From Smithella sp. PtaU1.Bin162 (GTDB lineage Bacteria; Desulfobacterota; Syntrophia; Syntrophales; Smithellaceae), in assembly GCA_002068015.1 (NCBI GenBank), contig MVRV01000184.1, positions 13,877 to 77,876 of the forward strand: 64,000 bases of DNA, read 5' to 3'. How positions within the stretch are numbered: the stretch's first letter is position 1; each line of letters begins with the position of its first letter. Made by a program: the position numbers and the translations under genes. Of the stretch, positions 27,403-36,990 are shown one piece after another. Under the pieces are notes generated by a model, which did not search any database, had not been told where the DNA came from, and was given only the letters and a program-made list of their open reading frames with translations.

Positions 27403-29808
27403 ATGTTTGATGAAAATAATATTAAAGAACAGGAAAAAACAGTGGTAATACCTCTTTTACCGCTTCGAGATGTTGTAGTTTTTCCTCATATGATTGTACC
27501 TCTGTTTGTCGGACGGGAAAAATCCATTGCTGCGCTGGAATCAGCGATGAAGTATGAAAAGGGCATTTTTATGGTAGCCCAAAAAAGTGCTAAAAAAGAT
27601 GATCCGGCAGCAGAAGATATTTACAATGTAGGTACAATAGGTATCATCATCCAGTTATTACGTTTACCAGACGGAACAGTTAAAGTACTGGTTGAAGGTA
27701 AAACAAGAGGAACCATTAAAGAATATCTGCAGAATGAAGATTTTTTCCTGGTTAAAGTAAATGAAATTGATGATATTGACGATCACAATGATGTGAAGAA
27801 ACAGGCACTGATGCGCAGCATCAAGGAATCTTTTGAGCTATATCTGAAGCTCAGCAAAAAAATCCATGTTGAAATGATGGGTACCATTGCAGCGATCGAT
27901 AATGCTTCCAAACTTGCCGACGTTGTTGTTACTCACCTTAATGTAAAACTGGAAGACAAGCAGAAAATAATGGAGATATTCGATATTACCGAACGTCTCG
28001 AAGCAATTTACTCCATGATGCTTTCAGAAATTGAGATTCTGCAGGTTGAGGAAAAAATCAAACGGCGCGTTAAAAAGCAGATGGAAAAAACGCAAAAAGA
28101 TTATTATCTCAATGAGCAGATGCGCGCCATTCAAAAAGAGATGGGCGAAAAAGACGACTTCCGCAATGAAATAATTGAATTGGAAAAACGACTTAAACAG
28201 AAAAAAATGTCGGAAGAGGCAACAAAAAAAGTTCGTCAGGAAATTAAAAAATTGCAAATGATGGCACCCATGTCGGCCGAAGCAACAGTAGTTCGAAATT
28301 ATATCGACTGGCTTCTGGATATGCCCTGGTCGGAGAAGACCGAGAATAAATACAGCTTGAAAGAATCAGAAGCAATTCTGGAGGATGATCATTACGGCCT
28401 GAAAAAAGTTAAAGAACGTATCATTGAATATCTGGCAGTACAATCCTTGGTTAAAAAGAACAAAGGTCCGATTCTCTGTCTGGTTGGTCCTCCGGGCGTA
28501 GGCAAGACATCTATCGCCAAGTCCGTGGCTCGGGCAACCAACAGGAAATTTGTCCGTATATCGTTGGGTGGTGTGCGTGATGAGGCGGAAATCCGGGGCC
28601 ATCGGCGCACATACATAGGTGCAATGCCGGGGAAAATAGTTCAATCGCTCAAAAAAGCCGGTTCGAACAATCCTGTTTTTTGTCTGGATGAAGTGGACAA
28701 ATTGACTTCCGATTTCCGGGGAGATCCTTCTTCCGCTTTATTGGAGGTTCTTGATCCGGAGCAGAACTTTGCTTTTAACGATAATTATCTTGATATAGAT
28801 TATGACCTTTCGGACATCATGTTTATTACTACGGCTAATGTTTTACAAACCATACCGGCTCCGTTGCAGGACAGAATGGAAGTAATACGGATAGCCGGAT
28901 ATACCGAGCAGGAGAAACTGCAAATAGCCAGAAAATTTCTGGTAACTAAAGAAATGGAAGCAAATGGATTGCAGGAAAGTAATGTCGAATTTACCAAAGG
29001 GGCAATATTAAGAATTATCCGTCAATATACAAGAGAAGCCGGTGTACGTAATCTGGAAAGAGAAATAGCCTCAGTTTGCCGTAAAATTGCCAAAGAGTTG
29101 GTAAACAACGGCAGTAAGAAAAAAATAATCATTGCCGCTCAATCTATTCCTAAATATTTGGGTGTTCCGAAATTTAGACATGGTGAAACTGAGGGGAAAA
29201 ACGAGATTGGTTTAACAGTCGGCCTTGCCTGGACTGAGGTGGGAGGAGAGCTTTTATCTATTGAGTCTTCCATTATGGAAGGAACCGGAAAGATGGTTAT
29301 GACGGGCAAGCTGGGCGATGTGATGCAGGAATCAGTTCAAGCGGCATTGACATATATCCGGGCAAGAGCGGAAAAATTTGGTTTGCCTAAGAATTTTTAC
29401 AAGAAAATTGATATTCATGTTCACGTTCCGGAAGGAGCGATTCCCAAAGATGGACCATCGGCCGGTATTGCCATGGCCACATCTATTGCTTCCGCACTGA
29501 TGAAGAAAAAAGTACGTGCTGATTTAGCCATGACCGGTGAAATCACTTTAAGAGGCAGAGTGCTGCCTATTGGCGGTTTAAAAGAAAAAATACTTGCAGC
29601 TCACCGTGGCAATATCAAAACAGTCATTATTCCAAAAGATAATGAAAAAGATGTGGCAGAGGTACCACAAAACGTACAGAAAGCGCTCGAGATTATTTTT
29701 GTCGAGCATATTGATGAAGTATTGGAAATTGCCCTTGTGAAGGACGAGGATAATTTTAACGACAGATGTGTACCGAATCTGCAGGTGGACGTTCCGGCTG
29801 TAAATTAA
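27403..29808 (+). CDS. lon: Lon protease (LonA)
   Basis: LON N-terminal domain, Walker [10 protein letters not shown], and protease motif DGPSAGIAM with the catalytic Ser. Confidence 0.95.
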   Translation: MFDENNIKEQEKTVVIPLLPLRDVVVFPHMIVPLFVGREKSIAALESAMKYEKGIFMVAQKSAKKDDPAAEDIYNVGTIGIIIQLLRLPDGTVKVLVEGKTRGTIKEYLQNEDFFLVKVNEIDDIDDHNDVKKQALMRSIKESFELYLKLSKKIHVEMMGTIAAIDNASKLADVVVTHLNVKLEDKQKIMEIFDITERLEAIYSMMLSEIEILQVEEKIKRRVKKQMEKTQKDYYLNEQMRAIQKEMGEKDDFRNEIIELEKRLKQKKMSEEATKKVRQEIKKLQMMAPMSAEATVVRNYIDWLLDMPWSEKTENKYSLKESEAILEDDHYGLKKVKERIIEYLAVQSLVKKNKGPILCLVGPPGVGKTSIAKSVARATNRKFVRISLGGVRDEAEIRGHRRTYIGAMPGKIVQSLKKAGSNNPVFCLDEVDKLTSDFRGDPSSALLEVLDPEQNFAFNDNYLDIDYDLSDIMFITTANVLQTIPAPLQDRMEVIRIAGYTEQEKLQIARKFLVTKEMEANGLQESNVEFTKGAILRIIRQYTREAGVRNLEREIASVCRKIAKELVNNGSKKKIIIAAQSIPKYLGVPKFRHGETEGKNEIGLTVGLAWTEVGGELLSIESSIMEGTGKMVMTGKLGDVMQESVQAALTYIRARAEKFGLPKNFYKKIDIHVHVPEGAIPKDGPSAGIAMATSIASALMKKKVRADLAMTGEITLRGRVLPIGGLKEKILAAHRGNIKTVIIPKDNEKDVAEVPQNVQKALEIIFVEHIDEVLEIALVKDEDNFNDRCVPNLQVDVPAVN

Positions 29809-29875
29809 TAACTATTTATAGCTTGACAAGAATTACCATTGTTGTTAGAAGCCTCAGATCATTTTGGGAGCTTAA

Positions 29876-29951
29876 GGGCGGGTAGCTCAGCTGGGAGAGC
29901 GCCACGCTTACACCGTGGATGTCACAGGTTCAAGTCCTGTTCCGCCTACCA
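29876..29951 (+). tRNA. tRNA-Val (anticodon TAC)
   Basis: Acceptor GGGCGGG/TCCGCCT, D-arm GCTC..GAGC, anticodon stem CCACG/CGTGG, loop C-T-TAC-A-C, T-arm ACAGG-TTCAAGT-CCTGT, encoded CCA. Confidence 0.9.
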
Positions 29952-29987
29952 TGAAAGTTAGTTTAAAATATAAATAAAAGGTTTTTT

Positions 29988-30064
29988 GGGGTCGTAGTTA
30001 AGTTGGTTATAACGCCGGCCTGTCACGCCGGAGGGCGTGGGTTCAAGTCCCATCGGCCCCGCCA
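29988..30064 (+). tRNA. tRNA-Asp (anticodon GTC)
   Basis: Acceptor GGGGTCG/CGGCCCC, anticodon stem CCGGC/GCCGG, loop C-T-GTC-A-C, T-arm GTGGG-TTCAAGT-CCCAT, encoded CCA. Confidence 0.9.
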
Positions 30065-30074
30065 AAAAATCTAA

Positions 30075-30113
30075 GGGAGTCAGCTTTTAAGAGATGACTC
30101 CCTTTTGCTTTTT
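30075..30113 (+). terminator. rho-independent terminator after tRNA-Asp
   Basis: GGGAGTCA-12 nt-TGACTCCC followed by TTTTGCTTTTT. Confidence 0.8.
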
Positions 30114-30229
30114 ATGAAGGCAGGCAATTTATTTCGTGTCGAGAAATTTTCATCATAATTGAGTTGACATACTTTATTGGCCATGCTTGTTTACTGATTA
30201 TTGAGTAATCATCAGGAAGAAAAGAGAAT

Positions 30230-31102
30230 ATGGATTACGAAGGAATAATAATTCGACCGCCTAGTGAAGCCTACAGCTTATTATTACAAGTAACGACAGG
30301 TTGTTCTCATAATAAATGCGCATTTTGCGGAACATACCTCGGAAAGAAGTTCAAAATAAAACCTTTGGATTTAATAAGAAAGGATCTGAAGGAAGCACGC
30401 AGTTACGGACATGTAGAAAAGGTATTCCTGTGTGATGGTGATGCCCTGATAATACCGCAAGCCAAGCTTGAAGAAATTCTGCAATTAATAAATGAAAATA
30501 TTCCAACTGTAAAACGAATCGGAACATATGCCAATGCTAAAAGCATATTGAGAAAATCAGTTGATGAGCTTATAAAATTAAGACAATCAGGTTTAAAAAT
30601 AATATATCTAGGTGTGGAAACTGGAAATCCCGAATTGCTGAAAAAAATCCACAAAGGTGTAACTTACGAGCAGATGGTGGAAGCATCGCACAGAGTAAAG
30701 CAAGCCGGTATTGCCCTTTCTGTTACGGTTATCCTGGGGTTGGGTGGGATGGAAAAAAGCATGGAACATGCTATAGATACTGCAAAAATACTTACGGATA
30801 TTGATCCGGATTATACGGGTGCCCTTACGTTAATGCTGGTTCCGGGTACGGATTTATATTCCGATTATCTGTCCGGCCGGTTTGTTTTACCGGACAAGTT
30901 CGGTTTTATAAGGGAGTTGTATATAATTATAGCAAATTCTAATTTCACCAATTGCTTTTTTACCTCAAATCACGCCTCTAATTACTTGCCGGTAAAAGTT
31001 CGCCTGCCGCAGGAAAAAGAAAAAATTCTCGCAATGATAAATTCCGTAATCGATACAAAAGATTTAACCAGGATACGACCTGAATATATGCGCGGTCTGT
31101 AA
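30230..31102 (+). CDS. radical SAM domain protein, function unknown, non-canonical cluster spacing
   Basis: Contains IIRPPSEA..LLLQVTTGCSHNKCAFCGTY. The three Cys are spaced CX4CX2C. A TIM-barrel-like GVETGN motif lies downstream. Confidence 0.7.
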   Translation: MDYEGIIIRPPSEAYSLLLQVTTGCSHNKCAFCGTYLGKKFKIKPLDLIRKDLKEARSYGHVEKVFLCDGDALIIPQAKLEEILQLINENIPTVKRIGTYANAKSILRKSVDELIKLRQSGLKIIYLGVETGNPELLKKIHKGVTYEQMVEASHRVKQAGIALSVTVILGLGGMEKSMEHAIDTAKILTDIDPDYTGALTLMLVPGTDLYSDYLSGRFVLPDKFGFIRELYIIIANSNFTNCFFTSNHASNYLPVKVRLPQEKEKILAMINSVIDTKDLTRIRPEYMRGL

Positions 31103-31123
31103 GTTGGAAGGAGAGCTTTAATT

Positions 31124-31945
31124 ATGACCAACAGGCAAAAACTGCTTTTCTGGCAAAATCACAAATATCTAAAAAAACAAATAGAAACTGTTCTGGGAAA
31201 GGCACAAAAGTATAATTTGATGGATAAAACTTCCCGGAAAATGATTGAAAATATTTTGGATTTTTCTCATACTTTAGTAAGAGAAATAATGATTCCCCGG
31301 ACAGAAATTCGGGCTGTGAGTACGCAGGCAACGATCGAGGAGATAATCAGGGAAGTATTGGAATTCCGCCACACCAGAATCCCTGTTTACCGCAATACAA
31401 TTGATAATATTGTCGGAATTTTAAACGTCAAAGATTTGCTTGTCTTCTGGACAAAACAAATTACCAAAGAGGACATATTATCAATTCTGACTAAACCTTA
31501 TTACATACCGGAAACAAAAAATACCCATTTACTTTTTCAGGAATTAAAAGAGAATAAAAAACACCTGGCCATTGTAATTGATGAATATGGAGGAACGTCC
31601 GGTTTAGTGACTCTGGAAGATTTATTAGAGGAAATTGTCGGCGAAATCCGAGATGAACGAGAACTAGAAGCTGATACTACTGGGATTTATCCATTGCCGG
31701 ATGGATCATTGATTATTGACGGCAGAACGGAAATTGATAAGATCAAGGAATATCTGGATATTCATCAGGGCAAAGGCCGTTATGAAACACTGAGCGGCTT
31801 TATTTTGAATTCCATCAAAAGAATTCCGGCAACAGGAGAAAAATTTCAGATAGAAGGTCTGGAAATATTGGTTCAGAATGCCGATGAAAGAAGCATTAAG
31901 AGGGTAAAAATAAGAAAAATAAAAGAAATTCCTGATGGAACATAA
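31124..31945 (+). CDS. corC: CBS-pair plus CorC_HlyC domain protein (YbeX/CorC-like)
   Basis: Soluble protein of 273 aa. It has a CBS pair (VREIMIPRTE...) and a C-terminal transporter-associated domain, and sits directly before lnt as in the ybeX-lnt arrangement. Confidence 0.8.
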   Translation: MTNRQKLLFWQNHKYLKKQIETVLGKAQKYNLMDKTSRKMIENILDFSHTLVREIMIPRTEIRAVSTQATIEEIIREVLEFRHTRIPVYRNTIDNIVGILNVKDLLVFWTKQITKEDILSILTKPYYIPETKNTHLLFQELKENKKHLAIVIDEYGGTSGLVTLEDLLEEIVGEIRDERELEADTTGIYPLPDGSLIIDGRTEIDKIKEYLDIHQGKGRYETLSGFILNSIKRIPATGEKFQIEGLEILVQNADERSIKRVKIRKIKEIPDGT

Positions 31946-33509
31946 TATCCTGCTCAAATATTTATCTTCAACATTCCGGCTGTTGACCTCCAAGGCCGTT
32001 TTTTTAGCTGCAATCAGCGGCGCACTGCTTTTTTTATCTTTTCCCAAATATGGTTCCGGAATGCTGGCTTGGATTGCCTTGATTCCATTATTCTGGGCAA
32101 CAATGAAAGAAACAACTTCGTTGCGTCAGGGACTTCTTTTAGGTTTCATAACCGGATTAATCTGTAATATCGGTGTCATATACTGGATAGCTTATGTAGT
32201 GGTAAATTACGGCTATCTGCCTCTTTATCAGGGAATTATTGTAATGTTGCTTTTGGCCTGCTATCTGAGTCTTTATACAGCTTTATTTACAGCAGGACTT
32301 GTTGTTTGTTGCCGGAGAAAAATTTCTCTATGCTTTGCGGCGCCGGCACTATGGATATGCCTGGAGTATTGCAAATCATATTTTCTGACCGGATTTCCTT
32401 GGGAAAATCTCGGCTATTCCCAGTATTTGAACAATTATCTTATTCAGTTCGCCGATGTTTTCGGTGTGTTTGGTATTTCGTTTTTAATTGTTCTTGCCAA
32501 TGCAGCCTTGTTTGAAGTTGTCAGTAAAAGATCAAAGAAAGAATTCATTTTTCTTGCTGCTGTTGCGCTGATTATAATCAGCGTTCTCGTTTATGGTGTT
32601 AACAGATCAAAATATGTTGAAGAATATTTACGGAAAGCAAAGGGAATAGAGGTTTCATTGGTTCAGGGTAATATTGACCAATCCGTAAAATGGAATGAAA
32701 AGTTTCAGAAAGAAACAATAAATATCTATGAAGAAATTACTTTGAGTAGTTTACCGATTGCCGGAAGTTTAATTGTGTGGCCGGAAACTGCGCTTCCCTT
32801 TAATTATCAGGATGTCAATGTTTACCAGAAACAAGTCAGAGGTATATCTTTAAAAGCAAAAAGCTGGTTTATATTCGGGTCGACAAGCTACGAAAATTCG
32901 AAAACCAATACCGATTATTATAACAGTGCATATCTTTTATCACCGGATGGTGATATTAAAGGAAAATACAATAAAGTGCATCTTGTTCCTTATGGTGAAT
33001 ATGTTCCTTTGCGGAACGTTTTTCCGTTTATTAAAAAGCTCACTGCCGGTATGGGTGATTTTACTGCCGGAACAGGATATAATACTTTAGTGATGGGTGA
33101 TAAAAAAATCGGAATTCTGATTTGTTATGAGGGAATCTTGCCTTTTGCAGCAAGAACATATAAAAAAGCAGGTGCTGAATTATTGGTTAATATCACCAAT
33201 GATGCCTGGTTTGGAGCCACCTCCGCCCCTTTTCAACATTTTTCTATGACCATATTTCGAGCGGTGGAAAATCGGCTTTATCTGGTAAGGGCCGCCAATA
33301 CCGGCATTTCAGCAATAGTTGATCCTAATGGGAAAATTGCAGCCGAGACAAGTATCTTTGAAAAAACGTCATTAAAAGGCAATATTAAATATTCCACTAT
33401 TAAGACAATTTATGCTCAATATGGAGATATTCTTGTATTTGCCTGCTTTTCCTTGATCATTATTTGTTGTTTTGCGTTGTTTTTTAAAAGAAGGGAGAAT
33501 AAAAAATGA
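31935..33509 (+). CDS. lnt: apolipoprotein N-acyltransferase
   Basis: Multi-TM N-terminus and a nitrilase-like domain with the WPE and ILICYEG (catalytic Cys) motifs. Confidence 0.9.
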   Translation: MEHNILLKYLSSTFRLLTSKAVFLAAISGALLFLSFPKYGSGMLAWIALIPLFWATMKETTSLRQGLLLGFITGLICNIGVIYWIAYVVVNYGYLPLYQGIIVMLLLACYLSLYTALFTAGLVVCCRRKISLCFAAPALWICLEYCKSYFLTGFPWENLGYSQYLNNYLIQFADVFGVFGISFLIVLANAALFEVVSKRSKKEFIFLAAVALIIISVLVYGVNRSKYVEEYLRKAKGIEVSLVQGNIDQSVKWNEKFQKETINIYEEITLSSLPIAGSLIVWPETALPFNYQDVNVYQKQVRGISLKAKSWFIFGSTSYENSKTNTDYYNSAYLLSPDGDIKGKYNKVHLVPYGEYVPLRNVFPFIKKLTAGMGDFTAGTGYNTLVMGDKKIGILICYEGILPFAARTYKKAGAELLVNITNDAWFGATSAPFQHFSMTIFRAVENRLYLVRAANTGISAIVDPNGKIAAETSIFEKTSLKGNIKYSTIKTIYAQYGDILVFACFSLIIICCFALFFKRRENKK

Positions 33510-34643
33510 CGGTAGAGAATATGCAGGAGACCATCAACGAATTAAAGAAACGGATTCAGTATATAGGGGACTGTCTTTGACGTTCCGGAAATGGAATTGA
33601 AGATAAAAGATCTAGAAATACTTTCTTTAAAAAATGATTTCTGGAACAATCAGGAATATGCTCGGGAGATTTTGCAAAAGAAAAACAAACTTGCCGATAA
33701 GCTGAACAATTGGAAAAAATTCGGTAATCAGATAAGCGATATTGAACATCTCTGGACAATTGCGTTCGAAGAGAGAGATGAGCAAGTAATGAATGATCTG
33801 TGCAGTGAATTGAGTCAATTGAGTTCAGCCGTCCGTCAGGATGAATTAAAAATGATGCTCGCCAGTGAACAGGATTCGATGAATGCTATTATGTCGATTC
33901 ATGCGGGAGCAGGAGGAACTGAGGCCCAGGATTGGGTGGAAATGTTGTTAAGAATGTATTTACGATGGGCGGAAAAAAGAGAGTTTGTAACTAAAATTAT
34001 CGACTCTCTTCCCGGTGATGAAGCGGGAATTAAAAGCGTAACCTTTACTCTGGAAGGGGAATATGCTTATGGGTATGCCAAGGCGGAAATAGGTATTCAC
34101 CGGTTGGTACGCATTTCTCCCTTTGACTCCAATGGTCGTCGCCACACTTCTTTTGCCTCTGTTTTTGTTTATCCTGAGGTTGATGATGATATAAAAATTG
34201 AAATTGATGAAAAAGACTTGAGGATAGATACGTTCCGGGCAGGCGGTAAAGGCGGACAGCATGTAAATAAAACTGATTCCGCCGTCAGGATCACTCATTT
34301 ACCGACGGGAATTGTCGTGCAATGCCAAAATGAAAGATCACAGCATAAAAATAAGTCAATGGCCATGAAATATCTGAAATCAAGACTTTACGAACGTGAA
34401 TTACAACAAAAAAATGACAAAATAAACGAGGAAAATAAACTAAAAAAGGATATTGCCTGGGGTAGCCAGATTCGGTCTTATGTTTTACATCCATACAAGA
34501 TGGTTAAAGACCATAGGACAAATCTGGAAAATGGAAATGCCGGCCGTGTACTGGATGGTGATATAGATGAGTTTATTCAGGCATATCTGATGAGAGCAAA
34601 AACAGATCCCAAAGAGGGATTTGTCCTTGCTGACTCCGACTAG
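33506..34643 (+). CDS. prfB: peptide chain release factor 2, programmed +1 frameshift (join 33506..33577, 33579..34643)
   Basis: ORF1 (MTVENMQETINELKKRIQYIGDCL) ends at CTT TGA C. The +1 frame continues into the 350-aa track ORF, which carries the SPF (RISPFDS) and GGQ (GGKGGQHVN) motifs. The ATGA junction overlaps the lnt stop. Confidence 0.9.
33565..33580 (+). promoter_or_regulatory. prfB autoregulatory +1 frameshift site
   Basis: An internal SD-like AGGGGA, a short spacer, then the slippery CTT followed by an in-frame TGA and C. Confidence 0.85.
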
Positions 34644-34810
34644 CTGTCATCAGACATCAATATGTAATCGTTGAGTAATTTATTGCACTAATAATCATAG
34701 AGCTTGTTTTCAGCCGGTGTCATAGATTTAATTTTTGGGAAAAACAAGAAAGTATGTTATAAGATCGCAACTATTTGTTTATTGCTGTAAAGGGTAAGGA
34801 GATTTTATTC

Positions 34811-36478
34811 ATGGTAAAAATGAAGATCCGGATATGTTGTATCTGTCTTTTGACCTTCAGTTTGTATTTCTTTTCAACGTCACTATGTAATGCCCAAATT
34901 GCCCTTGATAGAGCTTTTGCCGAGAATACAATTATTAATAGCGTCAGCCAATCTACAAAAGAAGAAGATAAAAAGGTACAAGCCCCCAAAGAAAATAATG
35001 ACAACAAAATAGGTAACAATTCGACTTCACTTCAGGATCAAAAAGACGAAGCGGATGATGAAGAACAGGATATGATGGAAAAGGCGCTAGATTTACTGGA
35101 AGTCGCTGATAATTACTGGGACAAGGGTGATGTGGAAAACACATTAAATATATTGGATAAAGCTTATACGCTGATTATAGATACAAATGGTGATCCGGCA
35201 GTTGCCCGGCAAAAAGATGATTTACGCCTTTTAATATCCAAACGTATTTTAACCGTATATTCAGCCAAGCAAACGGTAACAAACGGCAAAGCCAGCGAAA
35301 TTCCGTTAATTATGAATCCTGATGTGGAGAAAGAAATTCGTTCCTTTCAGGGGATAGAACGTGATTTTTTTATTTCATCATATCAACGATCAGGAATGTA
35401 CCGTCCTATAATAATTCGGGAGTTAAAAAAGGCGGGAATACCGGAAGAACTTTCCTGGTTGCCACTGGTAGAGAGCGGTTTCAAAATATTGGCGCTGTCA
35501 CGTGCGCGCGCCCTGGGACTCTGGCAATTCATACCTTCTACGGGATATAAATTTGGCCTGAGCCGCGATGAATGGATTGATGAACGTATGGATGTGGAAA
35601 AATCAACCGCTGCGGCAATCGCCTATTTAAAAGAACTGCACGGCATGTTCGGAGATTGGTTGACGGTGCTGGCTGCATATAACTGCGGTGAGGGCAGGGT
35701 ACTGCGCGTTATATCAAGGCAGCATATTAATTACTTTGACCGCTTCTGGGATTTATATAATCAGCTGCCCAATGAAACAGCCCGTTATGTCCCCCGCTTT
35801 CTGGCCACACTGCATATAATCAATAATCCGCAAAAGTATGGAATGGATCTGGGTGGAGCGATAGAAAAGCCTATTGCTTATGAGTTTGTCAAAGTGAATA
35901 AGATTATGAAGCTTCAGGATATAGCATCGAAGATTGACGTCCCGGAAGAAAAATTAAATTTGCTGAATTCCGAATTACGTTACAAAATTACTCCGGATAA
36001 AGAATATGACTTAAAAATTCCTGTCGATTGCGTATCATCATTTAACTTAATCGTTGCAGAAATTCCGGAGAGTGAAAGGCCGCGGTTTGCATCAAGCCGT
36101 ATTGTATTCGCAAAACACCTGGTGAAAAAGGGAGAAACAATTGCCTCTGTAGCTAAAAGATACAAAACTTCTTCTTCTACAATTATATCCTATAATAAAA
36201 TCAATGCAAAAAAAGGATTGGTTCCCGGACAAAAGCTGAGAATACCGATTATTCGAACAACACGTATTACAAAAGATAAAGCGGTATCAAAAACGAACCG
36301 GACTCAAAGTACTTTAGCAGAAGTAAAGAAGTTATATAAAGTCAAAAAAGGCGATACACTCCTGATCATTGCCAAACGTTTTGATATTCCAGTGGCTCAG
36401 CTCAAAGAAATGAACAATTTGAAGAGCAATACTATCCGAGCCGGTCAGGTATTAAAGCTTCCCAAGGAGGAGACATAA
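34811..36478 (+). CDS. membrane-bound lytic murein transglycosylase (MltD-like) with two LysM domains
   Basis: Signal peptide, SLT motif LVESGF...GLWQFIPSTG...AYNCGEG, and two C-terminal LysM repeats (VKKGETIASVAKRY and VKKGDTLLIIAKRF). The ATG lies 9 nt after AAGGAG. Confidence 0.8.
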   Translation: MVKMKIRICCICLLTFSLYFFSTSLCNAQIALDRAFAENTIINSVSQSTKEEDKKVQAPKENNDNKIGNNSTSLQDQKDEADDEEQDMMEKALDLLEVADNYWDKGDVENTLNILDKAYTLIIDTNGDPAVARQKDDLRLLISKRILTVYSAKQTVTNGKASEIPLIMNPDVEKEIRSFQGIERDFFISSYQRSGMYRPIIIRELKKAGIPEELSWLPLVESGFKILALSRARALGLWQFIPSTGYKFGLSRDEWIDERMDVEKSTAAAIAYLKELHGMFGDWLTVLAAYNCGEGRVLRVISRQHINYFDRFWDLYNQLPNETARYVPRFLATLHIINNPQKYGMDLGGAIEKPIAYEFVKVNKIMKLQDIASKIDVPEEKLNLLNSELRYKITPDKEYDLKIPVDCVSSFNLIVAEIPESERPRFASSRIVFAKHLVKKGETIASVAKRYKTSSSTIISYNKINAKKGLVPGQKLRIPIIRTTRITKDKAVSKTNRTQSTLAEVKKLYKVKKGDTLLIIAKRFDIPVAQLKEMNNLKSNTIRAGQVLKLPKEET

Positions 36479-36534
36479 AGTATTTCCGAGGGGAAAAAGT
36501 CGTAAACAGACTGTGAAAAACAGATAGACAAAAA

Positions 36535-36990
36535 TCAACAGTGAGTGTCGGTGCAATTTAACAAATCAAACAATTTCTTTTCTTTTCTTTGCATTTTCCT
36601 TGTTTCTTCTTTTGTTGTTTTTTCGTGATTGTAACCTAAAAGATGCAAGAGTCCATGAATGATCAAGAAATCAATTTCCTGTTCAAAAGTAAAATTTCTC
36701 AGTGATGCCTCTTGACGGGCCGTGTCAACGGATATAACAATGTCGCCTAAAATCTGAGGATTGATATTACTGAATTTCCCTTCCTGTAAAGAAAAAGAAA
36801 GAACATTAGTAGGCTTATCTCTTTCCAAATATTGATAGTTCATCCGTTGAATTGTTTTGTCGTCAACAAGAGAAATGCTGATTTCCTTGTCTGTGCAATT
36901 AAGATATTTTAACAGCTTAATTACTGTGCTGCGAATATCTCGTTTTGCGATTTTTATTTTATTTTGCTTATTTGCGATTTGGATTTTCAT
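36535..36990 (-). CDS. ybeY: rRNA maturation endoribonuclease YbeY
   Basis: HGLLHLLGYNHE zinc motif. I chose the start at MKIQ, because the longer track ORF runs into the upstream gene. Confidence 0.85.
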   Translation of the reverse strand: MKIQIANKQNKIKIAKRDIRSTVIKLLKYLNCTDKEISISLVDDKTIQRMNYQYLERDKPTNVLSFSLQEGKFSNINPQILGDIVISVDTARQEASLRNFTFEQEIDFLIIHGLLHLLGYNHEKTTKEETRKMQRKEKKLFDLLNCTDTHC

